NCBI GenBank assembly: GCA_043805855.1
Contig: JAZDHP010000005.1
Span: forward strand, 1,132 to 65,131
Length of the DNA: 64,000 nt
Reading direction: 5' to 3'
DNA from: Candidatus Micrarchaeota archaeon
GTDB lineage: Archaea; Micrarchaeota; Micrarchaeia; Norongarragalinales; UBA8480
The notes beneath the pieces are model-generated. The model saw only the letters and a list, made by a program, of their open reading frames with translations, had not been told where the DNA came from and searched no databases. The stretch's first letter is position 1, and every line of letters starts with the position of its first letter. A program made the translations under genes and the position numbers. Positions 29,232 through 39,266 of this stretch are shown piece by piece.

Positions 29232-29639
29232 TTGGTAACTTTTCAAATGGCTGAAACAAAACGTAGACTCGCTAAACCCAAATTACCAAGAACATTGGCG
29301 CTAGACGAACCAAGCGAATTCGAAAAAGTATTAGACGCAGCTAGGTATTTTGAAAGACACCGTGTGTTTAGCCACAGCTTACTAACTACACATCCACAAT
29401 TAGCAGTTGCAATACACGAAGCAGCTATGCGTAAAAGAATCAAAACCGCGCATCTACTCGAACTTGGAAAACACTTTTTTGATTTATCCCAACACGAAGA
29501 ACAAATTCACGAAATTCTCGCAACAGCAGAAAACAAAATAGTACAAGGGAAAAAAACACCTGCAGTGTTTAAGGAGATGCGCGAAGCAATTAGCCAACTT
29601 CACAAAAAGCACAGCCATCCAGCTAGAACCTGGTGCTAA
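29232..29639 (+). CDS. Small protein carrying a degenerate RH...LxxLGxHF module
   Basis: 135 aa. RHRVFSHSLLTTHPQLAVAIHEAAM...LLELGKHFFDLSQHEEQ parallels RHGWLPGPLKKAI...LREIGNHFVTISDVQ. Confidence 0.45.
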   Translation: MVTFQMAETKRRLAKPKLPRTLALDEPSEFEKVLDAARYFERHRVFSHSLLTTHPQLAVAIHEAAMRKRIKTAHLLELGKHFFDLSQHEEQIHEILATAENKIVQGKKTPAVFKEMREAISQLHKKHSHPARTWC

Positions 29640-29835
29640 CAAAGAAGAAAAATTAAAAAAACTACGCTTGCTTTGAAGTGAAAAGCAAAAAACAGTACAA
29701 AAATAGCTATTATAGCAATTCTGAACAGCATTGTAAATAATTGACAGAATTGCTAGTTGCAATACGCGTTACATAAGCTAAAAAAACTCAGCGTATTGCT
29801 TTAATATATTGCCGCTGTTGTTTTTCTAGATTTTT

Positions 29836-32109
29836 ATGACTGGCGAGTTCGTTATCAAGCAAGAGGGCAGCAAGCGTTTACTAATTATTGACTATAAAGG
29901 CGCGAGCGTTGCCCCAGACATTGCACTTTACCCGCAGGTAATGCGCGACGTTATTGAAAAGTTACAAACAAACGACGCAGACGAAGTTGTACTAGCTGAA
30001 TATTATGAGAGAATTTACAACGCTGAACAAACGTCAATGCTACGCGGAATAGCAGATTTAATTACAAAGATGGAAACTGAAACAGTTTGGAGTCCATCGC
30101 ACTTAGGCGGGGAACACAGTGACAAGAAAACTATCGCAGCGCGGCACGATGCTGTACTCGCAATTGTTAACCAAACGTACGTTGACCCGTTCACTGCTTA
30201 TCTCGAGTTAATAAAATTAGTAAAAGAAGGCGCTGGCAGTTATGCAAAGGCGCAAAGTGCTGGCGATGAAAAGGCTCTTGAAGATTTCAAAATTTTCCTC
30301 GGCACACTGCAGTTCATGAAAAGTTTGTTCGACAACACGTCGTTGATAAAAAAGAGCAAGCAATACCTGGCACAAATTGGTAAGATGCCAGAAGGCCGAG
30401 CGATTTACCACTCAATGTTCGAAAGCGCAATCAAACCGTCATTCATCGGGAGTAGGATTTTCTTCACTGGCGCGGAAACATTAGAGTTAGTTGACCAGTA
30501 CGAAGTGCTCGGCTCAAAAGTTTACATCTATAAACATCCGGAAAAAATCGAGTACCTTTACTACATTAACCCGCCAGAGTACACACTTTCGCCGGATAAA
30601 TACTTCCTCCTCCAGAAGACAAAAGAAGTTGTCGCGGGACATCGGCCAACTAATGTTGGGTTCATGGATATGGGTCAAGCGCGTAAATACTTTAGAAAGA
30701 TTTACGTTGCAACAATTGCAGATATTGCTAACAAGAACGATATTAAATTAACAGTAGACGAAAAAGAAGAGTTGGCAACAATTGTCTCGCGGTATACAAT
30801 TGGCTACGGTATTTTGGAACTGCTACTTTCAGACCGGCAGCTTACTGACGTTTACATTGACTCTCCACTGGGAGACAAGCCAATTTATTTAGTGCACTCA
30901 AAGTACGGACAGTGCCAGACGAACATTATTTTCTCTGAAGAAGAGGCAAAGGCAACTGTTTCGCGTTTCAGAGCTTTGTCAGGACGGCCGTTTGACGAAG
31001 CGCACCCGATTCTTGATTTTGACTTGGCTGATTTGCAAACTCGTATTGCTGCTATTGGAAAGCCACTTGCAGTTGACGGCACAGCGTTTGCGTTGCGTTT
31101 ACACAAGGACACACCGTGGACATTATCGCAGTTCGTAGATTTCAAAATGATGCCAGCATTGGCAGCAGGGCTCCTATCTTACTTCGTAGATGCACAGGCA
31201 TCGATGTTAATAGTCGGCTCTCGTGGTTCTGGAAAGACATCTCTCCTCCAGGCAATGATGCAGGAAATCCCGCAAAACTTGAGGATTATTGTGCAGGAAG
31301 ACACCCAAGAATTACCAATCCCGCAGTTGAAGCAACTTGGCTTTAATGTACAGCGTCTAAAAACACGACCGCCGCTTGGAGCGCAAAGTGACGCTGAAGT
31401 AAGTGCAGAAGATGCGCTGCGTACTGCACTGCGTTTAGGAGATTCAGTGTTAATTGTCGGCGAAGTACGTTCAGGAGAAGCAAAGGCGCTCTATGAGGCC
31501 ATGCGTGTCGGCGCAGTTGGAAACGTCGTCATGGGAACAATCCACGGCGAAAGCGCATATTCAATTTGGGACCGAGTAGTAAACGACTTAGGGGTTCCAA
31601 CAACTTCGTTCAAGGCAACTGACATGGTCATAGTTACAGCACCTATACGATTCAAAGGCTCTCTCAAGAGACAACGTCGTTTAGTTGAAGTTACTGAAGT
31701 TAAAAAAGAATGGACTGAAGACCCAGGAAAGGAAAATGGTTTCTTAAACTGGATGTTGTTCGACGCACACAAGGATAACATGGAGTTGTTCAGAGACGAC
31801 ATTAAGCAAAGCGAATGGATAAAGAAAGTCATGCGCAACCGCGGTATAAATTACGAAGACATCTGGAGCGAAATTGTAACCCGCGCTGCAAGCAAACAAC
31901 ATTTAGTCGACGTGAAGAACAAGCACAATATTCCAAAAATCCTCGAGGCAGAGAACAGTATACGCGCACACACGAAGTTAATGATGCTAGGCGAACGCCA
32001 GCGCGAGGAAAACGGCAAAGTTGACCACAAAGAGTTATTGTCAGAGTGGCAAAAGTGGGTCGACACCGTACTCGCGAAGGAAGTAATTGGATTAAAAACA
32101 CTGGGTTAA
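29836..32109 (+). CDS. Type IV pilus/archaellum-type secretion ATPase (FlaI/TadA/GspE superfamily)
   Basis: 757 aa. Walker A VGSRGSGKTSLLQAMM, Walker B/Asp box DSVLIVGEVRSGE, His box TIHGES. First gene of the pilus-like locus. Confidence 0.85.
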   Translation: MTGEFVIKQEGSKRLLIIDYKGASVAPDIALYPQVMRDVIEKLQTNDADEVVLAEYYERIYNAEQTSMLRGIADLITKMETETVWSPSHLGGEHSDKKTIAARHDAVLAIVNQTYVDPFTAYLELIKLVKEGAGSYAKAQSAGDEKALEDFKIFLGTLQFMKSLFDNTSLIKKSKQYLAQIGKMPEGRAIYHSMFESAIKPSFIGSRIFFTGAETLELVDQYEVLGSKVYIYKHPEKIEYLYYINPPEYTLSPDKYFLLQKTKEVVAGHRPTNVGFMDMGQARKYFRKIYVATIADIANKNDIKLTVDEKEELATIVSRYTIGYGILELLLSDRQLTDVYIDSPLGDKPIYLVHSKYGQCQTNIIFSEEEAKATVSRFRALSGRPFDEAHPILDFDLADLQTRIAAIGKPLAVDGTAFALRLHKDTPWTLSQFVDFKMMPALAAGLLSYFVDAQASMLIVGSRGSGKTSLLQAMMQEIPQNLRIIVQEDTQELPIPQLKQLGFNVQRLKTRPPLGAQSDAEVSAEDALRTALRLGDSVLIVGEVRSGEAKALYEAMRVGAVGNVVMGTIHGESAYSIWDRVVNDLGVPTTSFKATDMVIVTAPIRFKGSLKRQRRLVEVTEVKKEWTEDPGKENGFLNWMLFDAHKDNMELFRDDIKQSEWIKKVMRNRGINYEDIWSEIVTRAASKQHLVDVKNKHNIPKILEAENSIRAHTKLMMLGERQREENGKVDHKELLSEWQKWVDTVLAKEVIGLKTLG

Positions 32110-32161
32110 AACAACTTATTTAAAAACTCGTTTACAGTAAACTACTTTAGGTGAAAACTTT

Positions 32162-32719
32162 ATGCCGCAACGAAGACTGAAGAGAAACGAATTAAGCTCT
32201 GGAGAAATTAGACACTTGTTAACTACTACGAGACACCCGGTTGGACTAGCTGATACAATAGCTAAAGAACGGGGGCCAAAAGCAGCGAGTAAGTTATTGT
32301 TAATAGCTGAACAACAGACAAAAGCACCTTGGTTAAAAGCGCATACAAATTACTGGCCACGCGTAGGCGGTGCGGCTTTTCACACTAGTAATTATTTTGA
32401 GCGCGCTGGGCAGCATAAAGAAGGAGCTGCACTTTTATCTACATTTGGACAACATGTTGTAGCTGCAAGACTACTTGAAAAAGGTGGACACACTGAGCTA
32501 GCTGCAAAAGCGCATGAAAAAGCTGCTCGCGTTTGGCTAAAAGAAAGAAAATATTACCAAGCCGCTCACGCTTTTGAAAAAGCTGGAAAGCTTTTAGATG
32601 CCATGACCGCGTATAAAAGAGACGCTGCAAATGCAAAAAACCCAATAGACCAAGAGGAGTCACTTAACGAGGCAGCTAGACTTGCAAAAGTAACAAAAAG
32701 CCGATGGCAAAGAAAATAG
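32162..32719 (+). CDS. TPR-like helical repeat protein
   Basis: 185 aa. Repeated A/K/E-rich helical hairpins (ELAAKAHEKAARVWLKERKYYQAAHAFEKAGKLLDAMTAYK). Shares a PW(H)LKA motif with the next two genes. Confidence 0.45.
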   Translation: MPQRRLKRNELSSGEIRHLLTTTRHPVGLADTIAKERGPKAASKLLLIAEQQTKAPWLKAHTNYWPRVGGAAFHTSNYFERAGQHKEGAALLSTFGQHVVAARLLEKGGHTELAAKAHEKAARVWLKERKYYQAAHAFEKAGKLLDAMTAYKRDAANAKNPIDQEESLNEAARLAKVTKSRWQRK

Positions 32720-33123
32720 CTAAGTTGAGCACAATGGCCGAACAACTTGAAAAGCCGTGGCACTTGAAAGCTGCAGAAAGTTTAGGCCGCAGCGTAACGC
32801 CTCTATTTTCTGGAAAAGGCAAGTTAAAAGGACATGTAGCTACGTCGCCGGCGTTTGCGCCCTATTCAATTAGTTTTGTTGTGGATAGCAGACATCCTAA
32901 AGCGCAAGTGGTTAAAATAATCAACGGACGCAGCAAACGCGCGTATGTTTCAATTTATCCTGATGGCAGATTTGGTTCTTTAGCGCAGGGCACTCTTGGA
33001 ATAAGAACTTTAGCTGAATTTACAAGAGCAGCGCCTAAATCAAAGTTACTTAGGGACGTCCCGCAGTTAATCGCAGCTGCGAGAGCGGCGAACAAAGCTT
33101 TAAAGCAACACGCGCCCAAATAA
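32704..33123 (+). CDS. Small conserved hypothetical, tandem paralog 1 (PWHLKAA...ALKQHAPK)
   Basis: 139 aa. Aligns end-to-end with 33128..33511. Confidence 0.55.
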   Translation: MAKKIAKLSTMAEQLEKPWHLKAAESLGRSVTPLFSGKGKLKGHVATSPAFAPYSISFVVDSRHPKAQVVKIINGRSKRAYVSIYPDGRFGSLAQGTLGIRTLAEFTRAAPKSKLLRDVPQLIAAARAANKALKQHAPK

Positions 33124-33127
33124 AATT

Positions 33128-33511
33128 ATGGCTGAAGAACCTTGGCATTTGAAAGCTGCTAGAAGTTTAAACGGTGCAGTGAAGCCGTTGCTTATACAAG
33201 ACCGCCGAGTTTATGGTCACAGTGTAGCATTATCTGAACAACCAGTGTACACTGTTAATTTTGCTGATGGAAAAACTAACGGAGTAGAAGGTGCAAAAAT
33301 TCAAAAAGTACACTTAGGGGTATCCAAACGGCTATTAACAGTTACAAGAAATGGCAAGATAAACTGTCGCGTACCGAAATTAACTGGAATAAAGACATTA
33401 GCTGCGTTGAAAAAAGTTGACCCTAGAAAAACTAGTTTGCATGACTTGCCTATTTTAATTAAAATTGCAACTGCAGCGCACGAAGCGTTGAAAGCACATC
33501 AGCCAAAGTGA
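33128..33511 (+). CDS. Small conserved hypothetical, tandem paralog 2
   Basis: 127 aa. EEPWHLKAARSL...LIKIATAAHEALKAHQPK. Confidence 0.55.
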   Translation: MAEEPWHLKAARSLNGAVKPLLIQDRRVYGHSVALSEQPVYTVNFADGKTNGVEGAKIQKVHLGVSKRLLTVTRNGKINCRVPKLTGIKTLAALKKVDPRKTSLHDLPILIKIATAAHEALKAHQPK

Positions 33512-33957
33512 AAAAAATGAACATTCCGGGACTTGAACGACATTTGGGAAGCGTTGAGCTGAACCAACTTTCAAGTACATTGCGGCGTTTAGCAAGTCGA
33601 TTACAAATGGAACAAGTTGACCTTACTCGACAGAATAGAGACTTGGCAACTAGAACACGTGGCGGGGCGTATTACGGCCCAGAAGAAAGAAGGCTAATTG
33701 TCCAAGCAAAAGAGCGTTTAAAAAAAGTAGAAACTGCATTTAGAGCTAGATTTACTCATCGTGGCGAACACCGCACAAAAGTATTTCGTCCATTTGTTGA
33801 AAAAGGTGCGACACACGCTGCTCTAGATATATCTAGCGAAAAAGTTCACTTTTACAAATTGCCAAAAGCACATGCAGGCAGAGTTTACGCGCCAATTGCC
33901 GGTAGCCAAAGATTGCCACTTTTCAAGGAAGTGAAGAAAAAGAGGGAATCAAAATGA
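33508..33957 (+). CDS. Small hypothetical, member of second tandem pair (IPGLE...HFY...P.AHAG)
   Basis: 149 aa. Shares N-terminal IPGLE and C-terminal (K)HFY..LP(K/E)(A/K)H(A/S)G..(Y/F).PI.G with the next ORF. Overlapping start and stop. Confidence 0.5.
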   Translation: MKKMNIPGLERHLGSVELNQLSSTLRRLASRLQMEQVDLTRQNRDLATRTRGGAYYGPEERRLIVQAKERLKKVETAFRARFTHRGEHRTKVFRPFVEKGATHAALDISSEKVHFYKLPKAHAGRVYAPIAGSQRLPLFKEVKKKRESK

Positions 33958-34283
33958 TCCCGGGACTTGAAAAGAAAATTGCAGTTGTGAAAAGAGCTAG
34001 TTTACCGGCTCGTGTTTTTGACGAATTAGTAGTTTTACAACAAACTCAAGCAATGCCAAGCAGAACAATGCGTTATAAAAGAATATTAGAAAGAGACTGC
34101 GCTAATTTAAAAAAAGCAGTTAGAGCAAGTAAAAAACACGCAGAAATTGCACCTGCTATTGCGCGAGGTTCAACTCACTTTTACCACACGCGAAACGGTT
34201 TGGTTTTTGTTAGACTTCCTGAAAAACATTCAGGCAAGGAATTCAAGCCAATAATTGGAAGAACTCGTTTTGCAATAGACTAG
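33954..34283 (+). CDS. Small hypothetical, second member of tandem pair
   Basis: 109 aa. Overlaps the previous gene by 4 nt. Confidence 0.5.
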   Translation: MIPGLEKKIAVVKRASLPARVFDELVVLQQTQAMPSRTMRYKRILERDCANLKKAVRASKKHAEIAPAIARGSTHFYHTRNGLVFVRLPEKHSGKEFKPIIGRTRFAID

Positions 34284-34335
34284 CTCCCCGACGTTACAAC
34301 TAACATATTTATACTTAGTTTGAATTGTTATTGTC

Positions 34336-36423
34336 ATGCCAGTGAAGAAGGAAGTTAAGGGGCTTTACAGCGGAGACAAGCCAACAAAGCAGTACGCTGA
34401 AAAACCGCGCGTCGACTGGTTTGTTAAGTTCGTCAACTTTTCCAACAAATATTTCGACAGTCTTGGAAAAGGCGCGAAGTTAACTAAAGAACAGCGGGAA
34501 GTTTTTGAATTTCTAAACTATAGAATTACTGGCGAGCAGTTCCGCGCAGCTGAAATCGCCGCAATGTTTTTGGGTTTATTCGTAACTATTTTTGCAGTTC
34601 TCGTACTTGCAATTATTTTCGGAACAGGCAGCCCGCTCTTCTTGATAGGTTCGTTGCTGTGCTTTATGGCGCCATTAGCGGCGTTTATGCTAGTTGCATT
34701 TCACCCGCAGCAAGAGGCAAAACGCGAGCAAACAATGGCGCTTGGTTACCTTTCAGAAATTGTTAACTACATGGTTGCTAGTATGCGACTTACTCCCAAC
34801 TTGGAAAAGGCCGTTGAGTTCACTGCATCGCATGGCCGCGGTAAAATCGCGGAGGACATGAAAAAGTTAATTTGGGACGTGCAAATTGGAAAATATTTAT
34901 CAGTTGAAGAGGGGCTTGACGACTTAGCGTACCGCTGGGGAAAGTACAACGAGGATTTCAAGCAAGCGCTGATGTTAATTCGCTCGAGTTTACTTGAGTC
35001 CGACGACGCAAAGCGCGAAATACTCCTAGAAAAAGCATCGGCCGATGTTCTTGAAGGCAGTAAGGAAAAGATGGACCAGTTCGCTCGCGCGCTATCGCAG
35101 CCAACTGTATATTTGTATTACTTTGGCGTGTTGCTACCGCTAATGCTCGCAATTGTGCTGCCAATTGGCGGAACGCTTTCAGGCGGCGATTTTCCACTAG
35201 CTCGTCCAGAGATACTTGCTTTGATTTACATTGTTGCGCTGCCAATTGGAATTTACTTCCTTGGGATTAACATCTTGGGCAACAGGCCGCCGACGTACAT
35301 TGCGCCTGACATTAAAGAAGATTACCCCGGGCTTCCAGCAAAAGGAACAATGAGAATTCTCGGCGCCGAACTTCCAGTTTTGCCAATTGCGTTGCTCGTA
35401 CTAATAGCTGTACTTGGCGCTGGTTTTTACCTAGATCAAATAATTACAGTTGCACCGCTAGAGCTTTACGAAAAAGCTGAAGCGCTAGCTGCGATGCCAC
35501 ACATTGAACTTTTTGGGGTACCGCCATCTGAACTATTTCTAGGACTATTTTCGCTATTAGGAGTAGTTGTTGGGCTCGGTTTTGCAATTTCAATTTACTT
35601 GTACGGCACTTACATCGCTAGGAAGAAAGTGCAAGATGAAATCCGCGCAATGGAGCGGGAGTTTAAAGACGCGATTTACGTTCTGGCAAGTCGACTTGGT
35701 GAGAACCGTCCGCTTGAAGACGCGTTGAAGTATGCAGTTGCGTTTCTTCCAAACAGTAAAGTTGCAAGTAAAGTTTTTAGAAAGATTCTCGACAATGTAA
35801 CAACAATGGGAATGACAATAGACGAAGCTGTGTTTAACCCGCAGTTTGGAGCGTTGAAAAACTTACCGTCAAAAACAATTCAAAGCGGAATGCGAATTAC
35901 AATTGACTCAATTGGACTCGGGGTAAACGTTGCGGCAAAGTCGCTCATTGGCTTAGCTTTACAGTTGAGAAACAGTGAAAAAATTGACTTACTTTTGAAC
36001 AACTTACTATCAAGCGTTACTCAGATGTTAAAAACAATGGGCACTTTCATCGCGCCAATCGTGCTGGGAGTAGTGACGAGTTTACAAGGAGTAATTGTAA
36101 AGGCAATGTCTTCAAACTGCGCTGACACACCAGCAACTTCAACTTCACCTGGCGTTTCGGGTTTTGGTGGCGCGAGTAATTTAAGTTCAATGTTCTGCAG
36201 TAAAACCGGCGAAGCAAATAGTTCAACTGACCCCGCTACGTTTACATTCATAATGGGAATATACGTACTTGAAGTCGTGATTCTACTTACTTATTTCAAC
36301 TCGCAAGTTGAAGACTCAAATAACAAGTTACACACGTACATTGAAATTGCAAAGGCGCTTCCAATCGCTACACTTATATTTGCCGCAGTGGCGTATTTTG
36401 CAGGGACAAGCATAGGCGTATAA
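34336..36423 (+). CDS. Polytopic membrane platform protein, TadC/FlaJ (T2SS-F)-like
   Basis: 695 aa with at least 8 hydrophobic helices in two blocks separated by soluble helical domains. Sits directly downstream of the ATPase and upstream of the pilin genes. Assignment is by architecture and context, with no diagnostic motif. Confidence 0.6.
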   Translation: MPVKKEVKGLYSGDKPTKQYAEKPRVDWFVKFVNFSNKYFDSLGKGAKLTKEQREVFEFLNYRITGEQFRAAEIAAMFLGLFVTIFAVLVLAIIFGTGSPLFLIGSLLCFMAPLAAFMLVAFHPQQEAKREQTMALGYLSEIVNYMVASMRLTPNLEKAVEFTASHGRGKIAEDMKKLIWDVQIGKYLSVEEGLDDLAYRWGKYNEDFKQALMLIRSSLLESDDAKREILLEKASADVLEGSKEKMDQFARALSQPTVYLYYFGVLLPLMLAIVLPIGGTLSGGDFPLARPEILALIYIVALPIGIYFLGINILGNRPPTYIAPDIKEDYPGLPAKGTMRILGAELPVLPIALLVLIAVLGAGFYLDQIITVAPLELYEKAEALAAMPHIELFGVPPSELFLGLFSLLGVVVGLGFAISIYLYGTYIARKKVQDEIRAMEREFKDAIYVLASRLGENRPLEDALKYAVAFLPNSKVASKVFRKILDNVTTMGMTIDEAVFNPQFGALKNLPSKTIQSGMRITIDSIGLGVNVAAKSLIGLALQLRNSEKIDLLLNNLLSSVTQMLKTMGTFIAPIVLGVVTSLQGVIVKAMSSNCADTPATSTSPGVSGFGGASNLSSMFCSKTGEANSSTDPATFTFIMGIYVLEVVILLTYFNSQVEDSNNKLHTYIEIAKALPIATLIFAAVAYFAGTSIGV

Positions 36424-36502
36424 TACACAGCTAAAGTGACATTATACCAATCAATAGCTACTTGGAAACGCTTTTATAAAACCGCTGCTAATTGTAGTAC
36501 AG

Positions 36503-36985
36503 GTGATATTTGTGCAGTTTAGGAAAAGACGCGGTCAAGCTTTCGAGACGATGATGTTAGTTATCAGTGTAATCGTAGCGCTTGCAATTTTAGGTGTGCT
36601 TCTAGGTATTTTAAACACGTTTAGTTTTAGCGGGAGTGACGCGGAGCAAGTGTTTAAAGAAGAGTTGAAAAAAGTCGGGGGAAGTTATTCTCCAGGTTCA
36701 ACACCTAGAGATGCAACTATGAAAGCGGGAAAAATAATCAACGCTCGCGTAGTAACTGAAGACACGACAATTTTAGAAGAGTCAGTTAAATTTGTAGTAG
36801 CAAATGAATTAGAGAGCTCAATAGCCACTGTCGAGGGAGGAGTAAGAGCTACAAAAGACGTTACAGTTACTTTTTCAGTGTGTGGCGACCCAACACTTGG
36901 AAATTCAGGCACTTACGTAATTAGCATTGCTCCGGTAACGCGAGGTACAATTGCAATAGATGCTTGTTTAGCCGCTCTTGGTTAA
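36503..36985 (+). CDS. Pilin-like protein with class III (type IV prepilin-like) signal peptide
   Basis: 160 aa. MIFVQFRKRRGQ|AFETMMLVISVIVALAILGVLLGI: basic n-region, [KR]G[QA] cleavage-like site, then a hydrophobic stretch. Confidence 0.6.
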   Translation: MIFVQFRKRRGQAFETMMLVISVIVALAILGVLLGILNTFSFSGSDAEQVFKEELKKVGGSYSPGSTPRDATMKAGKIINARVVTEDTTILEESVKFVVANELESSIATVEGGVRATKDVTVTFSVCGDPTLGNSGTYVISIAPVTRGTIAIDACLAALG

Positions 36986-37010
36986 ACCTGAAAGTTAAAG
37001 GAATTGAAAT

Positions 37011-37229
37011 ATGAAACTTTTTTCTTTTTTTAAAAACCGAAAGGGCGCTAGTGACTGGTCTTCAATCTACTTGCTGATTGTTGTTATCATTGGCGTCATT
37101 TTGTTGGTTACTCTTATAAAACCAACTTTGAAAGCAGCCGGTCAATCTGCAGTTGCAGGCGGTCAAGAAGCAAAGACAATCGCGGGCATTGGAACTTACT
37201 TCTTGTCAAAGGCACGGCGTCCAAAATAA
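37011..37229 (+). CDS. Minor pilin-like small protein (class III signal peptide)
   Basis: 72 aa. MKLFSFFKNRKGA|SDWSSIYLLIVVIIGVILLV. Confidence 0.5.
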   Translation: MKLFSFFKNRKGASDWSSIYLLIVVIIGVILLVTLIKPTLKAAGQSAVAGGQEAKTIAGIGTYFLSKARRPK

Positions 37230-37366
37230 GGCAAACCACATGAACAAACTGCTATTAGTTGGAATGGCGCTCTGACTACGTGTGGTCAAAAGCGCAGAAA
37301 GCTGTTGTTGAACAGTTTTGACAAAACACTGGAAAAAGCGGTGAGAATAAAAGCAATAAATAGCTA

Positions 37367-38056
37367 ATGGTAACCATGTATAGACGTGGCCAAGCTAGTG
37401 GACCAATTGAACTTGTCGTTGCAGTTATTATTCTAGTTGCGAGCATGAGCTTGGCGTTTATCGTTATGCAAAGCACTAGCGACGCCCAGTGTATTGACAA
37501 GCTGAAGAGTCAAATGCGTGACTTGAACAGCGTAATGATTGACGTTTCTCTAGGTTCTCCTTCTACGTCGCGCGAAGCTAATGTTGAACTCGCTAGTTGC
37601 GGCGGGCAGAGCATTGAAGGAGTTAGAATTGTTTATTTTGAAAACGCACTTTATTGTGGCGCTTGCGGTGCAACTGAAAAAGGTTGCTGGATGATACAGC
37701 CGATAACTTACGATAAAACTGCAAACATATATGGAATTTCTCTACACGCTTCGACTTGCATAAACATGCCGGGCGGCATTGTACTAGAGCAAGATTTAAA
37801 TTGCGACGACGATATTTTAACACCTGGCGAAGTTAGTGCTACAGCTTGTCCATCAAACATTGGAGCGCGAAGTACAAACGATCAAAACTGCGGGTTACCT
37901 CCAGATATAGCAACTTCAAGCACAACTAAATTATTAACAATGTCAAAAGAACCTGGCGAAACCCAGTACAAAGTTAGAATTACAAAAGGGTTTTCAACCG
38001 CAGCTAATGAACCAATGCTTAACGTGTGCTTTTTAAAAAAGGGGCGTAGTTCATGA
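37367..38056 (+). CDS. Pilin-like protein (class III signal peptide), Cys-rich globular domain
   Basis: 229 aa. MVTMYRRGQA|SGPIELVVAVIILVASMSLAFIV. Confidence 0.6.
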   Translation: MVTMYRRGQASGPIELVVAVIILVASMSLAFIVMQSTSDAQCIDKLKSQMRDLNSVMIDVSLGSPSTSREANVELASCGGQSIEGVRIVYFENALYCGACGATEKGCWMIQPITYDKTANIYGISLHASTCINMPGGIVLEQDLNCDDDILTPGEVSATACPSNIGARSTNDQNCGLPPDIATSSTTKLLTMSKEPGETQYKVRITKGFSTAANEPMLNVCFLKKGRSS

Positions 38057-38673
38057 AATCCGCACAAATTGAACTATTTATGCTGACGAAAATGGCAATG
38101 CTATTTTTTATCATTTCACTAGCGTTCATCGCGTTGAACATAAGTAACATGGAAAAAGAAGCTCTATGCGGAGAGCAGGCGCTGTCAACTGCAAAGATAA
38201 TTTCCTCTAACATTAACCAAGCTCTCAACGCGGCAGTTGAAGATAGTAGAACTGTTTACAAATTCGAACCTACAATTTCAACTAGCCGTGAACGATATTC
38301 TCGCTATGTGATTTGGCTAGCTGAACGGGAAACACCAGGAAATGACCGAGTTCAGTTAAGCGTAGTTGTAAAGCCAGAAAGTGAACCCAACTGCATGCGC
38401 AGGGTAAGCGTAGTTTATGACAAAAATAAAATTAAAACAAATTTCGCACAAGATACTAACCCAAAATCACTAGATCCCACTATTAGCCCTGGCGAACAAG
38501 TGTTTGTAATTGAACCAACCAACCGCGAAACTCCATCTAAATTTTTAGTTATTGTAAAATGCAGGGATAAACTTCTACCTCAACAAAGTTACCTCTTTTT
38601 TGACGATTGTAAAAGCAGCAACCCAAGTTCATGCAGCACACTTGAGCCACCAGCATATGATGCGTGTAAATGA
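38053..38673 (+). CDS. Pilin-like protein (class III-like signal)
   Basis: 206 aa. MKSAQ|IELFMLTKMAMLFFIISLAFIAL. Overlaps neighbours by 4 nt. Confidence 0.5.
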   Translation: MKSAQIELFMLTKMAMLFFIISLAFIALNISNMEKEALCGEQALSTAKIISSNINQALNAAVEDSRTVYKFEPTISTSRERYSRYVIWLAERETPGNDRVQLSVVVKPESEPNCMRRVSVVYDKNKIKTNFAQDTNPKSLDPTISPGEQVFVIEPTNRETPSKFLVIVKCRDKLLPQQSYLFFDDCKSSNPSSCSTLEPPAYDACK

Positions 38674-39245
38674 AAATGATGAAAAAACGTGGTTTTATTG
38701 GCCCGCTTGGCGATGACATTCCAAGCATCTTTCCAATAGTTGCCGGCATGTTACTTTTCATCAGCACTATACTTTACGTAAACGCACAAGTTGACACTAG
38801 AAATTTAGACTTGCGTCAAAAAGAAGCAACTCAAAAACTCGCTTACCTCGCAACGCAAAAAGCTTCTTTTCAAATCGGAGAGTTCGACAGCTTGTGCGAA
38901 AATGCACTGCAGCCATTTGCCGAGAATAACGGTTTGAAATTCGCAATTGTAATAAAACGGTTCTGCAACCAAGGCTGTCTAACGTGCACTAAAGGCATAG
39001 ATTTACAAAATTCAAACGCTTTTAACGAGGATGAAATGATAACCAACTCCAATGACTTCAATAAAAATTACGTTTGTACAAATGAAAAGCCAGAAGTTGC
39101 TCTAGAATACGCCGCAGCGAGAGCTAGTAAAGCCGCTGCTCCGAAGAACACAATTACTTTAATTTATCCATTTACCGTACCGTGTCCAGATTATGATTCG
39201 TCTAACAATGGCTTGGCAACGTTGAATGTATTAGTGTGGAAATAA
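38670..39245 (+). CDS. Pilin-like protein (class III signal peptide)
   Basis: 191 aa. MKMMKKRGF|IGPLGDDIPSIFPIVAGMLLFISTILYV. Confidence 0.55.
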   Translation: MKMMKKRGFIGPLGDDIPSIFPIVAGMLLFISTILYVNAQVDTRNLDLRQKEATQKLAYLATQKASFQIGEFDSLCENALQPFAENNGLKFAIVIKRFCNQGCLTCTKGIDLQNSNAFNEDEMITNSNDFNKNYVCTNEKPEVALEYAAARASKAAAPKNTITLIYPFTVPCPDYDSSNNGLATLNVLVWK

Positions 39246-39266
39246 AGTAGAAGAGAAAAATAAAAA

